From an uncultured Candidatus Saccharibacteria bacterium (GTDB lineage: Bacteria; Patescibacteriota; UBA1384; DTJR01): 64,000 nt of DNA. The notes beneath the pieces are model-generated. The model did no database searches. It saw only the letters and a list, made by a program, of their open reading frames with translations, and was not told the DNA's origin. Within the stretch, counting starts at the first letter, position 1. Each line of letters begins with the position of its first letter. Where the stretch lies: the NCBI GenBank assembly GCA_964540855.1, contig CAZIOI010000001.1, positions 7,081 to 71,080 on the forward strand, given 5' to 3'. Below are positions 9,058-18,419 of this stretch, piece by piece. Both the position numbers and the translations under genes were made by a program.

Positions 9058-11472
9058 TTAGCTACCGGCAGCCATAGCCTGTGGCGGTCCTTGCGGTTCA
9101 ACCGGCGGCTCCGACTGCTGATCTGCCGGTTGAACCGGCGCAGCTATTCCTGAAGGTTCGGCTGGGTTGTTATTCGGTTTAGGATCGTTTGTGAGTTTGG
9201 CTTGCCCGGTCGCAGCAAATCTAAATTGTCCCGCTTGGTCTAAATCCACCAGAATATTCTGACCACTCTTAACCTCACCCTTGATCAAAGCACTGGAAAG
9301 CGGATTTTCAATCATTTTTTGGATCATGCGTCTCAACGGTCTGGCACCAAAGACGGGGTCAAAGCCAATTTGCGCCATCTTTGTCTTGGCTGGCGCCGAT
9401 AACTCAAGCGTAATTTTTTGTTCCGCCAAAAGCTTTGAGACCTCCGAGATCATAACCGAAACGATAGCCTCCATATCTTGCGGCATTAAACCTCTAAATA
9501 TGATAATGTCATCGAACCTGTTGACAAATTCAGGCCTAAAGAATCTCAGTAGTTCTTCCATCATCTGCTTTTGCAGGTTCGGATCCGAGACATTTGAACC
9601 CTTAATCAGTTGAGTTCCAACGTTTGAGGTGCAAATAATAATTGTGTTCTTGAAGTCAACGGTTCGGCCCTTGCTATCGGTGAGACGTCCCTCGTCTAAT
9701 ATCTGCAAGAATATATTAAAGACGTCTTGGTTCGCCTTTTCGATCTCATCAAATAGCACGACAGAATATGGATTTTTGCGTACAGCCTCCGTCAGCTGCC
9801 CACCTTCTTCGTAACCCACATACCCGGGAGGCGCGCCAATCATTCTGGCAGTCGCATTTTTTTCCATATATTCACTCATGTCGATCCTGATCATCTTGTC
9901 TTCAACACCAAACATCACCTCGGCTAGGGTTTTCGCCAACTGCGTTTTACCGACACCGGTTGGTCCGAGGAAAATAAACGAGCCCACCGGACGTTTGGGA
10001 TTTTTGAGTCCGGCGCGGTTTCTTCTGATTGCCTCGGAAACAGCCTTCACTGCGGGTTCTTGGTCAATCAACCTTTTATGGATTAAACCTTCCAGGTCGA
10101 GTAAAACTTTTGATTCATCTTGGGTAAGCTTAGTAATTGGAATACCGGAAAGAGCGGAAACAATATCTTTAACTATATCCTCACCGACTTCTTTTGGTTG
10201 AATGTTATTTAAAACAACTTTGGCGCAAGCCTCATCGATGACATCAATTGCCTTGTCAGGCAAACTTCTATCGGCAATATATCTTTGAGAAAGCTTAACG
10301 GCAGCTTCAAGCGCCACGGGTTGCACCTTGACTGAATGGTGCTTTTCATACTTTGGCACAATTCCAACCAACATCTTTACAGCCTGCTCAGCCGTTGGTT
10401 CTTCTACATTGACCTTTTGAAACCTGCGTTCAAAAGCAGCATCCTTTTCTATATACTGGCGAAATTCTTTTATTGTAGTCGCGCCAATACATTGCAGCTC
10501 ACCGCGGGCCAAGGCCGGTTTTAAAATGTTCGCTGCATCCATCGAGCCGTCGCCTCCGGCGCCAATAATGGTATGCAATTCATCAATAAATAGAATCACG
10601 CCTCCGGTGGCAAGTTTTATCTCTTTAATTAAATGCTCCAGACGTTCTTCGAATTCGCCTCTATGCTTAGCACCGGCAATCATTAAGCTCAGATCCAAAA
10701 CCAGTATTTTCTTATCTTTGAGCGGATCGGGAATCTGTCCGGAAGCAATTTTTTGCGCTAGGCCTTCTACAATCGCGGTTTTTCCAACGCCGGCGTCACC
10801 AATCAGCGCCGGGTTGTTCTTCGTTCGCCTTGTCAAAATTTCCATAACACGCGCAATCTCTTTGTCGCGCTCGACAACCGGATCCAGCTTGCCATCTCGA
10901 GCTTTTTGGGTCAAATCAATAGTATAAGTCTCTAAAACCGACGATCCGCCATTTGCCAACTCTTTGACTTTTATCTCTTCCTGTACGGCTTTTTCGTTTT
11001 GCGATAATTCAGAGGTTTTCTTTGTATCCAAATCTTTTTGCGCCTTCTGAAGTTTCGCCAAATCTATACCATTTTCCTTGAGAGTCTGTGTGGCAAACCA
11101 ATCATCGTGCTGAAAAAATGACGCAATAACATGATACGCACTAACAAACCCGGTTTTATCGCCCTCTGAAAGCCTTTTCGATTCATCGAAAACTTTTTTG
11201 GTCTTTGATGAAAACTCCGGCTCACCGGTAAACTCGCCTCGTTGAGATTTCGAAAACAATTCGTCCTGAAGCTTCTTTGCGTCAACTCCGGATGTCTCAA
11301 CCAAAGAAAAAACTTCCGGCGACTCAATAAGCGCCATCAACAAATGTTCCGGATCGACATAGGGTGAATTATACTGTCGCGCTTTTTCGGTTGCAGACTT
11401 GACGCACTCCGAAACAGCGGGTGATAGATTAGAAAAAACGTCCTGACTCTGACGACTTGCAAAGATCTGCAT
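9058..11472 (-). CDS. Class 1 Clp/Hsp100 ATPase (Clp_N + two AAA+), no M-domain
   Basis: GDAGVGKT, FIDELH, DAAFERRFQ, GPTGVGKT, IDMSEY, GAPPGYVGY, GARPLRR; RBS AGGAGGGG. Confidence 0.93.
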   Translation of the reverse strand: MQIFASRQSQDVFSNLSPAVSECVKSATEKARQYNSPYVDPEHLLMALIESPEVFSLVETSGVDAKKLQDELFSKSQRGEFTGEPEFSSKTKKVFDESKRLSEGDKTGFVSAYHVIASFFQHDDWFATQTLKENGIDLAKLQKAQKDLDTKKTSELSQNEKAVQEEIKVKELANGGSSVLETYTIDLTQKARDGKLDPVVERDKEIARVMEILTRRTKNNPALIGDAGVGKTAIVEGLAQKIASGQIPDPLKDKKILVLDLSLMIAGAKHRGEFEERLEHLIKEIKLATGGVILFIDELHTIIGAGGDGSMDAANILKPALARGELQCIGATTIKEFRQYIEKDAAFERRFQKVNVEEPTAEQAVKMLVGIVPKYEKHHSVKVQPVALEAAVKLSQRYIADRSLPDKAIDVIDEACAKVVLNNIQPKEVGEDIVKDIVSALSGIPITKLTQDESKVLLDLEGLIHKRLIDQEPAVKAVSEAIRRNRAGLKNPKRPVGSFIFLGPTGVGKTQLAKTLAEVMFGVEDKMIRIDMSEYMEKNATARMIGAPPGYVGYEEGGQLTEAVRKNPYSVVLFDEIEKANQDVFNIFLQILDEGRLTDSKGRTVDFKNTIIICTSNVGTQLIKGSNVSDPNLQKQMMEELLRFFRPEFVNRFDDIIIFRGLMPQDMEAIVSVMISEVSKLLAEQKITLELSAPAKTKMAQIGFDPVFGARPLRRMIQKMIENPLSSALIKGEVKSGQNILVDLDQAGQFRFAATGQAKLTNDPKPNNNPAEPSGIAAPVQPADQQSEPPVEPQGPPQAMAAGS

Positions 11473-11529
11473 TGCCCCTCCTTTTTACATTATTATTAAA
11501 CCACTTCTAAGACCAAAAAGCACCATTAA

Positions 11530-11697
11530 TTAACGTATAACGTAAAACTAAAAACGTATAATGACTAAGATACAATCAACAAGTTACAATCACCAAACAG
11601 CCTACAATATTCAATAATACAAACAAGGACTCTTTTCTTTTGTTTATTGAGATTTGTTATTTGTTTGTCCCTTGCTTACTTGTGATTTGTTGGTTGG
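11530..11697. repeat. Heptamer-array elements: AAAACGT-type arm plus inverted NNNNCAA/TTGNNNN array
   Basis: 11530-11561 is near-identical to the reverse complement of 61379-61410; 11567-11626 has CAA at ~7-nt period, mirrored by TTG-periodic 11640-11697. Confidence 0.75.
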
Positions 11698-11759
11698 CAG
11701 TAATTTTTGTTGATGAAATTCTGATATAATTTTGCTAATGGAAATGAATACGGAGGGGC

Positions 11760-14705
11760 GTGAATAAAGCACTGGCGTTTTTATCGTGGGCTGGGCGTGT
11801 TGTCGTTTTGGCGTTTGCGATTATTGCTTTTGTCGGCTCCAGTAAAATCGCTCAGGCGCAAAACATGGGCGCCGGTTCCGCTACAGTTTCCGGCACAACA
11901 ACTACTGTCAATGCCGTAGCATCCGGTACTTGGACTGAAGATATAGAGGTCACTTCTGTCGGTAAGGCAGCCGCACGCGCCAGAGAGTTTCTAAACTGGA
12001 CACTATCCATAAGGGAAGCCGGCTTCTCCAGTGACACCAGTGGCTCTCCTCAAGCGCTCCTCAAATTATGGTCAGCCGTCAGAAATATTGTTGTCTTTCT
12101 ATATATAGGAATAATTATAGTTATCGCGTTTGGACTCATCTTGCATTTAGGCTGGGCAGAAAAATCGAGGCGTACGTTGGTTTCTTTGATAATCGTCTTT
12201 GCTCTCACGTTTTTTAGTTTTTCCGCCGAAGTCCTCACTATCAGGATGACCGATAAGCTGCAAGAATCATTTTTTTCAATTCACAAAAGCGGTCAGAGTG
12301 GTCTGACTGCCGATCAGAAACATTTGCGCGCAGAAGATCTGCTAACCGTCGCCTTCAACTATCAATCGTTCACGGGGTATCGCAAAGCAGGTGTCAAATA
12401 CGACGAGTCGGTAAGCACTCATCTTAGATTGGTACGGGCAACTACATATACCAACTATGCGATCGCTTTTTTGTTGATTTTAAGAATCATTATTTTATGG
12501 GGTCTTGTAATTTTTTCGCCGTTCATCCTGCCGTTTTTCGTTTTTCAGGTCACCAAAAAGGTTGCTATTGTTTGGATTAGGGAATTCTTCCGGTGGCTAT
12601 TTTTAGGACCTTTGTTTGCGCTTTTTTTAACAGCTGTACCGTATATTTGGCAAAAAACATCCGTTAATGTAGCCAATACTTATGTCGGTCAAAATGCCCA
12701 CGAAAGCGGTGTTCCGATCGAAATCAACACGAATGTTTTAAGGGGCAGCGGTGCTGAACAAACCGCCAACAATGTTTATCAATCCGGAACAAATCTTCTA
12801 CTGACACCACCAAAAAATACAAATCTTAGTCTGACCGACCAAGATGTAGTGACTAATGGCAATAATCTGACAGAAACAGACACTTACGCCAGATATATTA
12901 TTGCCCTCATGATGATATGGGGAGCGATTCTGTTGCCATTTTTGTTGCTAAGGATAATTTCCGGCTTTTCGGTTGAGATCGGCAAGAGCGTTTCTAATAT
13001 CTGGAACAAGTCAGCTGCTCAACAATACATAAACTCCGTTCAGACAAAAATCTCTCCGCCGCCCGTGAGACCGTCGCCGCGACCCGGGCCGGGGATATAT
13101 AAGGATTATAGAGAAAAAACAACTACAACAACCGTTCCGGCAATCCTCAAGGATCGTTCGAGACTCATAAAAGATCATACTTCTACGAGCTATATCATGG
13201 GTCTGACGGGGATGAAACAAGCCGCGCCGCAAGCAATGGAATTTTTATCTGCAAACAAAAGAAGCCTTGCTGATCTATCTAAGCTGGAGCAGAGCGATCA
13301 GGAACTTAAAGTGGCAAACGAGCTTTTGGATAAGCTAGCCAAACCGGAAATGGTAAAAGATAAGACCGAAGCAGACAAACTTGCCGGTATAAAGCAGGCA
13401 ATTGCCGATAAAGAGTTGACCGGCGACGAACTAGCAAGGGCTGTTCAGTCGGCATTGGCTAGGGACACAAGCAAAATCTCAAACGAAAATGCGCTTGAAC
13501 AGGCAAAGGAAAATGCTCTGCGAAACGCAGTCGAGCAATTCTACAGTCAAACTCAAGTTCAAAACGGTTTAAGACAAAAATTATCTAGCCAAGCAGATTC
13601 GAATGAGCTGGCTAGAAACGCTTTGTCGGCTCTTGATCAGATTGGTTCGTTGAGATCCGCTCTGTCACAAGACAAACTAAGCGGTGAGCAAAAACGCGAG
13701 ATTGAAAATCAAATCGTTGCTGTCAAACATCCTGAGATGGCGACTGACACCAAAGCCAGATCACAGTTTATAGCTCTCAAAAGCGTTCTTGAGACCGGAG
13801 AAAGACTATCCGATCCCCACGCAATAGCCATCAACAAACAGATTCAGTCCATTGCAAATACCTATTATAGACAGAACCCCGAGGCTCGCGAAAAGGCACA
13901 GCAGGATACAGCGATTAGTTATCTAAACAGCCTCAACGCAATCAGACAAGCTATTGCATCCAAGACCGACAGTGGGGCTCAGGCGGCAGTTCGGGCGATA
14001 GATAAGATTACAGCGAAACTGGGTGATCAAACAGCACTTTTGGGCAATATAAAGACAAACGGATTAAAAATTGTTGCGACAAATGCCCTGAAGACAAAAG
14101 ATCTTGACAAACTGGAGCAGGGGGATAAAGAAGAGTTTACAGCCCTCAAAGGACAAGTCGATCAAGGAATCGCCAGTCAAGACCCAAGATTTACCTCTTA
14201 TCAAAAATCAACCGAAGACGTTATAGAACAATCCAAAGACCTCGATCAGGCCGATGCCGGCAATGTCGAAGACCTTAGAACTTTGATGGGAGCTGATGAA
14301 GATTTCGCTCAAGTCAAAAAGATGTGGGAACAATATTATTCAAGCGCACCCGTACCGATAGACCAAGAAATCAAAACTCGCGCCGACTGGATCGCTAGAG
14401 AGAAATCCCTGATGCAGAAGGCTCTGGATGGCCTTCTGTCCGCCGATGCGACAGAGAGGGAAAATGCCCTTAAAAATATCGGCAAGATACTACCTTTTGT
14501 TCTTATGGGTAAATACAAAAATTCTGAGATAGCAAAGTATCTTTTGGCAAAGTTTGATGCTGCCGATACGGTTTATAAACAAACGACAGAGAAAAAAGAA
14601 GAGACAGAAGAAGATCTTGTACTAGTTAAAAAACAGGCTTTGTCAGATAAAAATGAGAATACCATGACGTTGGATGGACCGGATCAGACCAAGCAGGAAC
14701 TATAG
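11760..14705 (+). CDS. Large polytopic membrane protein, VirB6/TrbL-like core plus long helical C-tail
   Basis: GTG start after GGAGGGG; signal-like N-terminus; W..VRN and R....SP....T...W....P TM motifs shared with 47440 and 51790 proteins. Confidence 0.65.
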   Translation: MNKALAFLSWAGRVVVLAFAIIAFVGSSKIAQAQNMGAGSATVSGTTTTVNAVASGTWTEDIEVTSVGKAAARAREFLNWTLSIREAGFSSDTSGSPQALLKLWSAVRNIVVFLYIGIIIVIAFGLILHLGWAEKSRRTLVSLIIVFALTFFSFSAEVLTIRMTDKLQESFFSIHKSGQSGLTADQKHLRAEDLLTVAFNYQSFTGYRKAGVKYDESVSTHLRLVRATTYTNYAIAFLLILRIIILWGLVIFSPFILPFFVFQVTKKVAIVWIREFFRWLFLGPLFALFLTAVPYIWQKTSVNVANTYVGQNAHESGVPIEINTNVLRGSGAEQTANNVYQSGTNLLLTPPKNTNLSLTDQDVVTNGNNLTETDTYARYIIALMMIWGAILLPFLLLRIISGFSVEIGKSVSNIWNKSAAQQYINSVQTKISPPPVRPSPRPGPGIYKDYREKTTTTTVPAILKDRSRLIKDHTSTSYIMGLTGMKQAAPQAMEFLSANKRSLADLSKLEQSDQELKVANELLDKLAKPEMVKDKTEADKLAGIKQAIADKELTGDELARAVQSALARDTSKISNENALEQAKENALRNAVEQFYSQTQVQNGLRQKLSSQADSNELARNALSALDQIGSLRSALSQDKLSGEQKREIENQIVAVKHPEMATDTKARSQFIALKSVLETGERLSDPHAIAINKQIQSIANTYYRQNPEAREKAQQDTAISYLNSLNAIRQAIASKTDSGAQAAVRAIDKITAKLGDQTALLGNIKTNGLKIVATNALKTKDLDKLEQGDKEEFTALKGQVDQGIASQDPRFTSYQKSTEDVIEQSKDLDQADAGNVEDLRTLMGADEDFAQVKKMWEQYYSSAPVPIDQEIKTRADWIAREKSLMQKALDGLLSADATERENALKNIGKILPFVLMGKYKNSEIAKYLLAKFDAADTVYKQTTEKKEETEEDLVLVKKQALSDKNENTMTLDGPDQTKQEL

Positions 14706-14713
14706 AACAAATA

Positions 14714-16204
14714 CTATTTAACCAATGGATCGCTGGAGGAATCAAAAGCCTGTGCGATGTAGTCAATGGTCGGTAAAAAGCTCTTGGTGAAGTTCTCGAC
14801 GCCGTTTATGTCCGTAACATAGCCATACCACGCAGGCATAACAAATCGCTCCTCGATGAATCTAGAGGCCCAATCTGACTCAACACCCATAGCAATCGCA
14901 TAAGACAAATATTTTTCAAACAAATATTTGTCGCTGGGACCTATAAGGGCTTTTTCGGTAAGATAATTTTTAAACTTCAACCATTTATTTCTATATTCAA
15001 TTCCACGCGGGGATAAAGATGTAATACTTGGTGAAAGATTAACAATAAGAATGCCAAAAATAACTAGCGATACCCAAAATAACAGAACAAATTTTGGGTC
15101 TGCCGCAAACAACGCGGAAATAAGATAACCTAAAAGACCAATATAAAACACCACTATGCCAGTCATCCTGTAGCGCAGATGAGTCCTCGCCGGCGCATCG
15201 GAAAAATATCCTTTAGTTCTTCCTTCGCCGTATATTTCCAAATATGACAGAGCAATTTTTCGGGAAAATAAGTGCCTCGCCGCTCTGGTTTCCACGTCAA
15301 AAGACCCTACCGCTTTTTGTTTAGGTAAAAAAATCTTGTCCATAAGAACTTCCTCAAAAATCCTGAGGTTCTTCTGTTTCGGATCAAATATCTTTTTGAA
15401 TATTACAAAATCATCTCCTCTGTTATAAATTTCTATACAATCGCGTTGTGCCAAATCAACCAATGTTGCCATTATTGATCTCGGTCCGACCTTTCCATCA
15501 ATTAAGGCACCAACCACCGCCGGAGCTAGATCTTCCGGAGGTTTTTTCGACTTGCCTGCTGGCGCTTGTCCGAGAAAGCCGATTCTAGTTCTGCGAATTA
15601 TTCTGACCAAAATCGCTAAGGCGATAAGCGGTAAAATAAGACTAATCGCTATCCAGTAAGTCGCACTTATAGCTCCGACAGTCTCTTCAATCCTTTTATC
15701 CGTGCTTAAACTGATATAGCCCTTGGGAAACGCGGCTGTGATCGTAACGGTCGCACTGGAACCAATGTTTTTCGCTTGGTAAATTATCCTGTCGCCATAA
15801 AAGGTCGCGCCTATGGGATCGGCACCGTGCACTGCGATAATTTCCGGCTCACGATCAACTTTGGTTATATTTTTGGGCAAAATCAGAACTACCTCTAGTT
15901 CTGAATAGAGTTCATTTGGCTTATCCAGAATAATGTATCTTAGTTCGTCGTAGTCCTTATAGGGCTTAATGCTTTCGGAAATTTTTTTTTCGTCAATTTC
16001 GATAGAACCATCGGATTGCATATCCATCTCGAGATAAAATCGATTAGAGTTGGTACTCATATTTACATTATCTGCAATGTTGGCGATTGCCCTATCGGCG
16101 CTAACGGTCGGCGACAGAAAACTTCCATATTTGTTTGTAAAAAAAACAAATAGTCCCAGAAACAAAAATAGTACAAGCTTATTTTTATAAATTCCTATTA
16201 CCAT
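14714..16204 (-). CDS. DUF2207-like membrane protein
   Basis: PPEDLAPAVVG, ATLVDLAQR, W..FKNYL, FEKYLSYAIAMGV..W. Confidence 0.8.
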   Translation of the reverse strand: MVIGIYKNKLVLFLFLGLFVFFTNKYGSFLSPTVSADRAIANIADNVNMSTNSNRFYLEMDMQSDGSIEIDEKKISESIKPYKDYDELRYIILDKPNELYSELEVVLILPKNITKVDREPEIIAVHGADPIGATFYGDRIIYQAKNIGSSATVTITAAFPKGYISLSTDKRIEETVGAISATYWIAISLILPLIALAILVRIIRRTRIGFLGQAPAGKSKKPPEDLAPAVVGALIDGKVGPRSIMATLVDLAQRDCIEIYNRGDDFVIFKKIFDPKQKNLRIFEEVLMDKIFLPKQKAVGSFDVETRAARHLFSRKIALSYLEIYGEGRTKGYFSDAPARTHLRYRMTGIVVFYIGLLGYLISALFAADPKFVLLFWVSLVIFGILIVNLSPSITSLSPRGIEYRNKWLKFKNYLTEKALIGPSDKYLFEKYLSYAIAMGVESDWASRFIEERFVMPAWYGYVTDINGVENFTKSFLPTIDYIAQAFDSSSDPLVK

Positions 16205-17138
16205 CTATCCCCAAAACAAAATCTTTAAGCGCATCGCCTGGATCTATTTTACCACTCTTAATAGACTCATCAATCGATACGAGCCGAGAAAAGATTATAG
16301 ACAAATCCTTAAAGTTTATATTTCTCGTATATCCGATCACTTTCTGAATCTGAAAAGGCTTTAGGCCAAGCAGCCTTGACATCTCAAAACTGCTTTTTAC
16401 GGTTTGGCTCACCTCCATCACATAGGCAATTGTCCTAAACTGATAATTTATCAGGCCTAATATTTTAAGCGGCGGCTCATTCGAGTCCAATAAAGCCTGC
16501 AAATGGTCAAGCGCAACTTTGGAATTTTTTGCCAGAAGCGCATCGACAAATTTGAACGAATTACCTAAAACATTTTTGCTGACAATCTGTTCAATATCAT
16601 CAATTACAATTTCCCGATTCGGCTTATAATCGGCAAGCTTGTGGATCTCGCTATCAAGTCGCCAAAGATCATCCATACAATATTCGACTAGTTGAACCGC
16701 TGCTTCGCTGGAGATGCTATTGCCAAGTAACTTCAGTTGGGAGCGAACAAAGCTGATCTGTTGAGATTGGGAAAAAATGTCAAAATGTTTTGCGTTTTTT
16801 TCCTTGGAAAGTCTCTTGAAAAGCTTGAGTCTCTTGTCCGGCTCCCCTTCCTGAGTAAAGACAACCACAGTTGATTCCGGCAAGCCGTCGAGATTACCTG
16901 CAATTTGCTCAAGCGTATCTTTATTTTTTTGATTAAAAATATTTTTGATAACGATTAATCTCGATGAAGCTAAAAGCGGCATGGCCTGAACCTGCCTGGC
17001 AAACTCTTGGGCCACCAAGTCCTGACCATCGATTGAAATAAAATTCAGATCGCCGACATTTTTGTAGTATCGCTGCTTCAACTGATTGACCGCTTTTTGG
17101 ATCATAAAGACATTGGGCCCGTAGAAAAAAATAAGCAT
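16185..17138 (-). CDS. holA: DNA polymerase III subunit delta
   Basis: FFYG.N.F, MPLLASSRLIVIK, DLWRLDSEIHKL, D..IKSG. Confidence 0.9.
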   Translation of the reverse strand: MLIFFYGPNVFMIQKAVNQLKQRYYKNVGDLNFISIDGQDLVAQEFARQVQAMPLLASSRLIVIKNIFNQKNKDTLEQIAGNLDGLPESTVVVFTQEGEPDKRLKLFKRLSKEKNAKHFDIFSQSQQISFVRSQLKLLGNSISSEAAVQLVEYCMDDLWRLDSEIHKLADYKPNREIVIDDIEQIVSKNVLGNSFKFVDALLAKNSKVALDHLQALLDSNEPPLKILGLINYQFRTIAYVMEVSQTVKSSFEMSRLLGLKPFQIQKVIGYTRNINFKDLSIIFSRLVSIDESIKSGKIDPGDALKDFVLGIDGNRNL

Positions 17139-17140
17139 GG

Positions 17141-18061
17141 CTAAAACAAACTTTCTTGTTGGTTGAGTGACCTCTGACTTTTGGGCATGCGTTTTATAAG
17201 TGAAAAAAATCTATATTTTTGCAAAAATTTTTCGGCGACAGCGCGGTCAAAATCGTGAAGCCTGGCGTCTTTGAGCAAAAAATCGATCTCAACGTCGGTT
17301 TTGATAGTCGCAAGCTTCTTTGATAAAAACGCCATATCTTTATGCTCCATCAGAAGTTGTCTTGTTCTCAGCTTGATCGTTTCGCTTTTCGCCTCATCAT
17401 CCAGAGCATGATAAATTCCCTCAATATCGGTAAACCGATTTATAAGATCAATTGCAGTTTTGGGTCCGATACCTTTGACGCCCGGAATATTATCGGAACT
17501 GTCGCCCGAAAGTGCCTTGTAATCAACAACTTGCGCCGGCGTTATGGAAAGTTTGCCCATAACTGCCGATGAATCATAAATAGTTTCTTTTATTTTGCCC
17601 ATCGCAGGCATAGCAACTTTGGTTCGAGAATCGACTAATTGCAGAGTGTCTTGGTCGCCAGTCACAATAATTACTTCGCCCTCGCCAAGGTCGCCGTTAA
17701 CTTTTTTGGCAAGCGTGCCGATAATATCGTCCGCCTCATAGCCCTCTTTTGTCAAAAGCGGTATTTCCATAGCGCGAACAAAATCGTGAACATCTTCGAT
17801 TTGATCATAAAACTCTTGCGGAGGCTTAACACGCTTGGCTTTGTATTCGTCAAAAAGATCATCTCTAAAAGTCGGGCCTTTGATATCAAAAGCAACCGCC
17901 AAATATTCCGGTTTATGTTTTTCTATGGTTGAAAATAAGATTGAAACAAACCCGTAAATCGCGTTGACAAGTCTTCCTGCGACCTCAAAACGCGGCATCG
18001 CGTGGTAGGAGCGATGCAAAATGGCATTTCCATCAATTAAAACAAATGTATTTTTTTTCAT
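17141..18061 (-). CDS. Stand-alone 5'-3' exonuclease/flap endonuclease (PolA N-terminal domain)
   Basis: LIDGNAILHRSYHA, GYEADDIIGT, TGDQD, GDSSDNIPGVKGIGPKTA; start taken at ATG 18061 (MKKNTF). Confidence 0.92.
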   Translation of the reverse strand: MKKNTFVLIDGNAILHRSYHAMPRFEVAGRLVNAIYGFVSILFSTIEKHKPEYLAVAFDIKGPTFRDDLFDEYKAKRVKPPQEFYDQIEDVHDFVRAMEIPLLTKEGYEADDIIGTLAKKVNGDLGEGEVIIVTGDQDTLQLVDSRTKVAMPAMGKIKETIYDSSAVMGKLSITPAQVVDYKALSGDSSDNIPGVKGIGPKTAIDLINRFTDIEGIYHALDDEAKSETIKLRTRQLLMEHKDMAFLSKKLATIKTDVEIDFLLKDARLHDFDRAVAEKFLQKYRFFSLIKRMPKSQRSLNQQESLF

Positions 18062-18113
18062 AATCAAAGACAAAAAAATCATATTCGCACGCACGCTAAA
18101 TGTCAAAATACCC

Positions 18114-18164
18114 TTTACACGCGACTAAGTTTGCGATAATATTTCGTGATCGCTTTCAAGCGAT
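18114..18164 (+). promoter_or_regulatory. Cassette 1 promoter, TCGTG box and 5' hairpin
   Basis: TTTACA-17-TAATAT-t-TCGTG-ATCGCTT-TC-AAGCGAT. Confidence 0.6.
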
Positions 18165-18188
18165 GAACCTGAAAAAGGAGGATCATCG

Positions 18189-18389
18189 ATGAACCCGCGG
18201 CACATGTGCAGGAGGACAAGCCTGAGCCCCCAGGCAAGAGCTATGCGGCATGTTGTGGTTCTCGTCAAGCGGCATGGTATCAAGCCCCAAGAGGCCTGGC
18301 GCCAGGCTATCGCTTACTTCTCCCCCAAGTTTAAGGGAGACCTCGCGCAGGCATTGACTGCCGATCAAGGCCCCGCCGAGCCGCCCTAG
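18189..18389 (+). CDS. GC-rich small ORFan (66 aa), cassette 1
   Basis: Strong RBS AAAGGAGG 7 nt before ATG; own promoter and 3' hairpin. Confidence 0.6.
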   Translation: MNPRHMCRRTSLSPQARAMRHVVVLVKRHGIKPQEAWRQAIAYFSPKFKGDLAQALTADQGPAEPP

Positions 18390-18413
18390 ACGGGCGAGCT
18401 CGGCGGGGCCTTT
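18369..18413 (+). terminator. GC-rich hairpin ending cassette 1, abutting pheT stop
   Basis: GGCCCCGCCGAGC/GCTCGGCGGGGCC perfect 13-bp stem plus CGCCC/GGGCG. Confidence 0.7.
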
Positions 18414-18419
18414 CCCCGT

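Noticed and set aside
9355-9375. IGF tripeptide as ClpP-docking loop
   Set aside because: It lies at the GY/FDPxxGARP position of the D2 small domain, not after TSNVG.
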